From Synergistales bacterium (GTDB lineage Bacteria > Synergistota > Synergistia > Synergistales > JAFGMB01): DNA of 64,000 nucleotides. The stretch covers positions 1-64,000 of the forward strand of contig OY762654.1 in assembly GCA_963666205.1 (NCBI GenBank). The letters are read 5' to 3'. Positions within the stretch are counted from its first letter, which is position 1, and every line of letters begins with the position of its first letter. The notes under the pieces were generated by a model. That model was given only the letters and a program-made list of their open reading frames with translations. It was not told where the DNA came from and ran no database searches. This document shows positions 58,428 to 64,000 of the stretch, one piece after another. Made by a program: the position numbers and the translations under genes.

Positions 58428-59672
58428 GTGAGCAGTGTGTCAGGCCTTGTTAAAGAACTTCTTTCCAGGGATGAATCTCTGGATTTTGTTTCTCATGTCC
58501 TAAGTTTTCCCTGGAAAACCAGAAACTATGAAGTAGCTCTTGAAAGTGCTAATCGCATGCTCCTTGCTGAAGATATTTCTGCAAATACCCCCTATCCTCC
58601 ATATGATAGAAGTTTGAGAGACGGTTATGCTGTGAACAGCACCGATGTATCTGGTGCCTCTTCTTCCTTTCCAGTTTATTTAAATCTTGATGGGAAAATC
58701 TCTATGGGAGAAATTCCTTCAGCAGATCTGCGTCCAGGAAGTGCTATGGAAATATATACTGGAGGGATCTTGCCTGAAGGGGCTGACTCTGTCGTAATGG
58801 TTGAAGATACAGAACTCTCCGAAAAGTGGCTGGAGGTAAGGAGTTCAGTTCAGAATGGAGATAATATTTTAAAAATGGGAGAAGAAGTCAAGAAAAACCA
58901 GCACCTTCTCAAAGGAGGAAGTCTGATTGATTTTTGCAGTATTGGTGTTCTGGCAACCTTTGGTTTCAGAAGAATTAAAGTTATTGATCTGAAGGTGGGA
59001 ATAATAAGTACCGGTGATGAAGTTGTCCCGGTAGATAAATCACCATTACCTCCTGGGTGCATAAGAGATGTGAATAGTTGGACTCTGTGTTCTTTGTTGA
59101 AAGACCATGGATTCAATGTGAAAACTTATGGAATAATACCAGATAAGAAGAATTTACTGGGTTCCTGTATTTCACAGGCATATTCAGAGAATGATGTTGT
59201 CCTGATCAGTGGAGGTTCGTCTGTAAGTGTAAGGGATTTCTGTTCAGAACTTATTGAAGATATACCAGAACCCGGTCTTATTGTAAGGGGAATCCAGATA
59301 CGCCCAGGGAAACCTACCTTAATAGGAGGGAGTTATGAAGATAAAAAACTTGTAATAGGTTTACCTGGCCATCCATTATCGTGTTCAGTTGTAGCATATA
59401 CAATTATATTACCTTTACTTTTCAGACTGATCTCCTCTAGAGCCATGGTCCCATGGAAATCCCTTTTCCTACCCCTGATTTCAGATGTTCATGGAAAGAC
59501 TGGTCTTGAAGAATTTATCCCATGTCACCTGGATGATTCTGGTCGAGTCATACCTAAGATGGCAAAATCAGGTTACATTAGCGCAATGTATGAATCTTCC
59601 GGGCTCATTCGACTTTCCGAGTCTGTAGAAACGGTTAGAAAGGGAGAGGAAGTTGAGGTCTTATTATGGTAG
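58428..59672 (+). CDS. moeA: Molybdopterin Mo/W insertase MoeA (copy 1)
   Basis: S.RDGYAV, IYTGG.LP.GADSVVMVE, STGDE, SGGSS, RPGKP, LPGHP. Confidence 0.92.
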   Translation: MSSVSGLVKELLSRDESLDFVSHVLSFPWKTRNYEVALESANRMLLAEDISANTPYPPYDRSLRDGYAVNSTDVSGASSSFPVYLNLDGKISMGEIPSADLRPGSAMEIYTGGILPEGADSVVMVEDTELSEKWLEVRSSVQNGDNILKMGEEVKKNQHLLKGGSLIDFCSIGVLATFGFRRIKVIDLKVGIISTGDEVVPVDKSPLPPGCIRDVNSWTLCSLLKDHGFNVKTYGIIPDKKNLLGSCISQAYSENDVVLISGGSSVSVRDFCSELIEDIPEPGLIVRGIQIRPGKPTLIGGSYEDKKLVIGLPGHPLSCSVVAYTIILPLLFRLISSRAMVPWKSLFLPLISDVHGKTGLEEFIPCHLDDSGRVIPKMAKSGYISAMYESSGLIRLSESVETVRKGEEVEVLLW

Positions 59673-61597
59673 TTCACGCTGAAAACGAACATATATCGCT
59701 GGAAAAGGCATGGGATATACTCCGCAAATACTTCTTACCTTTATATCGTCCAAAGAGTGAAGTTATGTCTTTAGAAAATGTCAACCAGCTAATTGGAAAA
59801 AGGTTAACAAAAGATGTTGTTGCTGAAAGAAATGTTCCTCACTTTAATGCATCAGCGGTGGATGGATTTGCCATCAGGTCTTCATCTTCCGTTTATGCTT
59901 CTTCCGCGACTCCGGTTATTCTTGAGAAAATGGATTTTCACTGGGTTAATACAGGTCTAGCTGTGGATCATCGATTTGACAGTGTTCTGATGGTTGAAGA
60001 TTCTTCCACAGATGCCAATACAGGGAATCTTACTATTTTTAAAAGTCTTTCAGCAGGAGAAAACGTCAGACCAGTGGGTGAAGATGTCACCAGGGGACAG
60101 GTTATTGGTAGAGCAGGAGACATAATTAATCCATCTTTTCTTTCCTTGTGCATAGCTTCTGGTATTTATGAACTAGAGATCTTTTCTCTTCCTGAAACTA
60201 TCTATATCCCAACAGGTGATGAGATCGTATCTGCGCGGGAATGGATTTCTACTGATTTTCCTGAAGCGGGACGAGTTGCAGAAAGTAATTCAACTTTACT
60301 GAAGGGATATTTTCATGAGTGGGGAATTCCTTTACATGTTCACGAAATCCTTCCTGACGACCCGGATATTATTCGAAAAGCTATAAAACAGGCAGTAGCA
60401 AAGTATGACCTTGTCCTTATTGGTGCAGGATCGGCAAAAGGCAAAAAAGATCATATTGCCTCGATTATTTCTGAAGAAGGACGTCTGCTTTTCCATTGGT
60501 TACTAATGAAACCCGGACGTCCAGCCATGGGAGGAATCATCGAAAATACGCCGGTCATCGATCTCCCTGGATTTCCAATGTCTACAGCTGTAGTCTTATG
60601 GTCCATTGTATATCCCCTTTTACAACTGATTACTAAGGGCGATTATGATAATTCTGTGATATCCAAAGCACTTTCTTCAAAACAGTCCTGCGAAATGACC
60701 CTTCTTTCGTCCCATTCTTCTCCTCCGGGAATTTCTGAATGGCTTAGATTCAAAGCTGTAGACCTGCATGAGGAAAAGAGGATTATCCCTTTGAACTCAG
60801 GGTCCAGCACACTTTGGTCTCTGGCTGAAATGGACGGATTATGTCTCCTCCCCGCTAAAACCCTGGAATGTCCCAAGGGAACGAAAGTTTCGGTTTGGGT
60901 GACAAAAGATATTCCATGGAATAAAAGAGTTCTTTATCAAGGTTCAAATGATCCTGCTCTTGATCGAATTGTAACTTATGTGCGTAAATACAGAGGAGAC
61001 ATTGTCCTTCGTTCTGTTGGAAGTATGGGGGGCCTTGCCGCTTTGAGCAGGAATGAATGTCACCTTGCTGCAGCACATCTACTTGATCCAGTGACAGGAG
61101 TATATAATGAATCATTTATTCGGGACTTCTGCGGCAATGAGATATGGGAAAGATTCCTTATTTACAAACGGGTCCAGGGAATAATTGTTGGGAGAGGAAA
61201 TCCTAAATCAATCAATACTGTCTCTGATCTGGCGAGGTCCGATGTCCGGATCATCAACAGGCAACCCGGTGCAGGTACAAGGGTCCTTCTGGATATGCTC
61301 TTGCAACAATCAGGTATACCATCTACTTCCGTTTCTGGTTATGAAACCCACTCTGTTTCACATTATGATGCTGCGAACCGGATAGTTGCTGGTGTAGCAG
61401 ATGCCGCTATTGGCATAAAAGCTGCATCCGACGCAATGGGTCTGGGTTTTATTCCGATAACCGAGGAGCCCTTCGAGATCATTATTCCTTTGAAGTATAT
61501 GGACCATCCTGGTATTAAAGCGTTCCTCGATGCATTGCAGGATAATGAATGGAAAAAGAATGTAGAAGACTTGGGGGGATACATTTGGTCAGCCTGA
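59666..61597 (+). CDS. MoeA fused to a C-terminal periplasmic-binding-protein-like (molybdate/tungstate) domain (copy 2)
   Basis: SAVDGFA, PTGDE, KPGRP, LPGFP, followed by GSND, VGSMGGL.AL, GNPK, NRQ.GAGTR, LGGY. Confidence 0.88.
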   Translation: MVVHAENEHISLEKAWDILRKYFLPLYRPKSEVMSLENVNQLIGKRLTKDVVAERNVPHFNASAVDGFAIRSSSSVYASSATPVILEKMDFHWVNTGLAVDHRFDSVLMVEDSSTDANTGNLTIFKSLSAGENVRPVGEDVTRGQVIGRAGDIINPSFLSLCIASGIYELEIFSLPETIYIPTGDEIVSAREWISTDFPEAGRVAESNSTLLKGYFHEWGIPLHVHEILPDDPDIIRKAIKQAVAKYDLVLIGAGSAKGKKDHIASIISEEGRLLFHWLLMKPGRPAMGGIIENTPVIDLPGFPMSTAVVLWSIVYPLLQLITKGDYDNSVISKALSSKQSCEMTLLSSHSSPPGISEWLRFKAVDLHEEKRIIPLNSGSSTLWSLAEMDGLCLLPAKTLECPKGTKVSVWVTKDIPWNKRVLYQGSNDPALDRIVTYVRKYRGDIVLRSVGSMGGLAALSRNECHLAAAHLLDPVTGVYNESFIRDFCGNEIWERFLIYKRVQGIIVGRGNPKSINTVSDLARSDVRIINRQPGAGTRVLLDMLLQQSGIPSTSVSGYETHSVSHYDAANRIVAGVADAAIGIKAASDAMGLGFIPITEEPFEIIIPLKYMDHPGIKAFLDALQDNEWKKNVEDLGGYIWSA

Positions 61598-62562
61598 TCG
61601 ACCAGTATGGTAGAATCCTCAACTATGTGAGGATTTCCATAACAGATCGCTGTAATTACAGATGCAGGTATTGTATGCCTGAAAAAGGGATTACCTGGTT
61701 CCCACATGAAAAGATGTTACGTTATGAAGATATCATTTTCCTTGTATCTGTTCTTAAGGAAATGGGTGTTACCAAGATCCGTTTCACCGGTGGAGAACCC
61801 TTTGTCAGAAAGGGATTTCTTTCTTTCCTAAGGGATTTTCAGAATTCATTTCCTGAAATTGAAATTGCTCTTACCACTAATGGATCTCTCCTTTCTTCTT
61901 TTGCCGAGGAAATATCAGATATCAGGCTGTCAGGTCTTAATATCAGTCTTGATACCCTTGACCCTGCTAAATTTAAACATATAACAAGAGTCGGAAACCT
62001 GGAAGATGTCCTTGAAGGAATAAAGAGCGTAGCTTCACTTAAGAAGATACCCTTAAAGATCAACTCGGTTCTTATAAGGAACTTCAATGATGATGAGATT
62101 GTCCCGCTTCTTCAATTCGCTGAAGAAAACGGAGCTATGCTCCGACTTATCGAGTTCATGCCCCTTGATGATATCTGGGATAAAGACTCTTTTATTTCAT
62201 CTGATGAGATATTACAGTCGTTGCCCCTAGGAAAATGGAAGGACATATCAGATAATAGTCCGACCAGTTGTGTGTCCGGACCTGCAAAGTATTACCGTAA
62301 CCTCAAATGGGGATATATTCTGGGTATTATCGCGGCTGTTTCACATCATTTTTGTGATTCCTGTAATCGTTTGCGCGTTACAGCCCTTGGAGAAATGAAA
62401 CCATGCCTTTTCAGTGATGAATCTGTCGAACTTGGAACAGCTATCCGTATTAAAGACAAGGACTGCCTGAAAGAGTTAATCCTGAAAGCTGTATCTATCA
62501 AACCTTCGGGTTGGAAAATGATCGATAGAAGTGATTCTAGAATGTCTCGAATCGGAGGATAA
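61585..62562 (+). CDS. moaA: GTP 3',8-cyclase
   Basis: L.DQYGR..YVRIS.TDRCNYRCRYC, TGGEP, FCDSCNRLR..PCL, C-terminal MSRIGG; TTG start 61585. Confidence 0.95.
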   Translation: MVSLIDQYGRILNYVRISITDRCNYRCRYCMPEKGITWFPHEKMLRYEDIIFLVSVLKEMGVTKIRFTGGEPFVRKGFLSFLRDFQNSFPEIEIALTTNGSLLSSFAEEISDIRLSGLNISLDTLDPAKFKHITRVGNLEDVLEGIKSVASLKKIPLKINSVLIRNFNDDEIVPLLQFAEENGAMLRLIEFMPLDDIWDKDSFISSDEILQSLPLGKWKDISDNSPTSCVSGPAKYYRNLKWGYILGIIAAVSHHFCDSCNRLRVTALGEMKPCLFSDESVELGTAIRIKDKDCLKELILKAVSIKPSGWKMIDRSDSRMSRIGG

Positions 62563-62565
62563 ATA

Positions 62566-63054
62566 ATGGAAAATCTTACACATCTTGATAACGGGGGCCA
62601 TCCAATGATGGTTGATGTAGGTTCAAAGGATATAACTTCCAGGGAGGCAGAGGCAGTCTGTTATGTTATCCTGCCACCCAGTGTATTGGAGATCATATTA
62701 TCCGGGACAATAGCCAAGGGAGATGTATTAAAGTTTGCTGAACTTGCTGGTATATCAGGATGTAAAAAGACCTCTGATCTTATCCCTCTATGTCATAACA
62801 TCAGAATTGACAGTTCGACTGTAAGATGTACCCTGGAACCCGAAATGAGCCGTATTGAAGTTAAATGCATTGTGAAGGCATCAGAGGTAACAGGTGTGGA
62901 AATGGAATCCCTTACCGGGGCAATGGTCGCGGCTCTTACTATATATGATATGTGCAAGGCCCTTGACAAAGGCATCACCATTACAAATCTTAGGTTGCTT
63001 AGAAAAACAGGTGGAAAAAGTGGATCTTATATGGCAAAGGGTGATGTGGAATGA
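62566..63054 (+). CDS. moaC: Cyclic pyranopterin monophosphate synthase
   Basis: LTH, MVDV..K, LIPLCH, TGVEME.L, YDMCKA.D, KTGGKSG. Confidence 0.95.
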   Translation: MENLTHLDNGGHPMMVDVGSKDITSREAEAVCYVILPPSVLEIILSGTIAKGDVLKFAELAGISGCKKTSDLIPLCHNIRIDSSTVRCTLEPEMSRIEVKCIVKASEVTGVEMESLTGAMVAALTIYDMCKALDKGITITNLRLLRKTGGKSGSYMAKGDVE

Positions 63055-63872
63055 GGATTTTAAGTCTCTTTGATCTTCCTGAAAAAAGGGAAGTATATAT
63101 TTCCTATGTTTCTAAAGATTCTCGGGACATGGGATTAGTTAATGGAATACCTACCCGTATTATGGCTGTACAGCCAGGAGGAGATAGACTGGAATCAGGA
63201 AATACCCTCTACATCACTCTTCCACAGATCTTAGATGCAAAGAAAGGATACTTTCTTTGCGTGAAAAGTGATGATACTATCCTTAAAATAAAAGAGATAA
63301 AGGAAGCAACTCTTGACTTATCAGTCGTAAAAGCTGGTTTTATTGAAGTTTCAAAGCAAGTAAGTATACTTCGTCCCATGAGTGTAGGTATCCTTACCGT
63401 AAGCGATAAGGGTAGCAGGGGAGAACGTATCGATACAGCAGGCCCTGCACTTGCTGAAGAAGCTATTTCACTAGGTTCTGACGTAATTGTTCAAAAGATC
63501 GTACCAGATGAGAAAGAAGAGATCATTTCTACATTAACAGAATGGACTGATTCTCTGAATATTAACCTTGTACTGCTAACTGGGGGGACCGGACTTTCAC
63601 CAAGGGATATAACTCCTGAAGCATTGAAATCTCTGGCTCATAAAGAAGTTCCAGGTTTTGGGGAAAAAATGAGAATGCAGACATCTACAATAACCGAAAG
63701 AGCAATACTATCGAGATCTCTTGCTGTAACAAGAGAGAAGACGCTATTAATAGCCCTTCCAGGAAGCCATAAAGGGGCTGTTGAATGTTTTCAGGCTATT
63801 GCTCCTGTTGTTCGTCATGCTGTTGAGATTATCTGTGGTTGGAGTGGGCCATGTGGTTCTTCCCATTCCTGA
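63051..63872 (+). CDS. MogA/MoaB-family molybdopterin adenylyltransferase with an extra N-terminal domain
   Basis: LTVSDKG, VPDE, TGGTGLSPRD.TPEA, SR, LPGS in the C-terminal ~165 aa. Confidence 0.88.
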   Translation: MRILSLFDLPEKREVYISYVSKDSRDMGLVNGIPTRIMAVQPGGDRLESGNTLYITLPQILDAKKGYFLCVKSDDTILKIKEIKEATLDLSVVKAGFIEVSKQVSILRPMSVGILTVSDKGSRGERIDTAGPALAEEAISLGSDVIVQKIVPDEKEEIISTLTEWTDSLNINLVLLTGGTGLSPRDITPEALKSLAHKEVPGFGEKMRMQTSTITERAILSRSLAVTREKTLLIALPGSHKGAVECFQAIAPVVRHAVEIICGWSGPCGSSHS

Positions 63873-63886
63873 AGGAGTGATCGGTT

Positions 63887-64000
63887 ATTAACCTGGAGAG
63901 TGGAAAAGTCAGCAACTGTGTCATAATTACAGGAATGTCAGGGGCCGGAAAATCTGCCACCCTGAACATACTTGAAGACCAGGGACTATTTGCCATTGAT
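63887..64000 (+). CDS. rapZ: RNase adapter RapZ/YvcJ-like P-loop protein, 5' part (truncated by the window end)
   Basis: Frame reads ...CVIITGMSGAGKSATLNILEDQGLFAID, the RapZ N-terminal Walker A signature; start codon uncertain. Confidence 0.85.
   Translation, partial: MNLESGKVSNCVIITGMSGAGKSATLNILEDQGLFAID

Overview
This is a 64-kb window of bacterial chromosome, almost all on the + strand. Gene content points to a strictly anaerobic amino-acid fermenter; a Synergistota-like host is my inference. The right two-thirds is housekeeping: tRNA-Val, acpS-nnr-tsaE-tsaB, a four-subunit 2-oxoacid:ferredoxin oxidoreductase, rlmD, tRNA-Gly, a Na+-type V/A-ATPase operon, rnpB, the mraZ-ftsZ dcw cluster, Mo/W-cofactor genes and the start of rapZ. 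The first 23 kb is a catabolic island. It holds a five-gene flavin/Fe-S amine dehydrogenase complex and a long W-type aldehyde:ferredoxin oxidoreductase. Divergent from that is an IclR-led operon: citD-citE-citF-citG, an HD protein, two LeuC/LeuD-type hydratase pairs and a beta-decarboxylating dehydrogenase. An NhaC-family transporter and L-lysine 6-transaminase follow. By motif, one hydratase resembles fungal homoaconitase Lys4, and the other lacks the usual aconitase catalytic His. The dehydrogenase pairs a homoisocitrate-type substrate loop with an NADP(H)-type cofactor site. My main hypothesis is an apparently undescribed anaerobic lysine catabolism that runs the alpha-aminoadipate pathway in reverse and ends in a citrate-lyase-like homocitrate lyase. 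All family assignments come from motifs recognised by eye, with reference motifs recalled from memory. No database searches were run.
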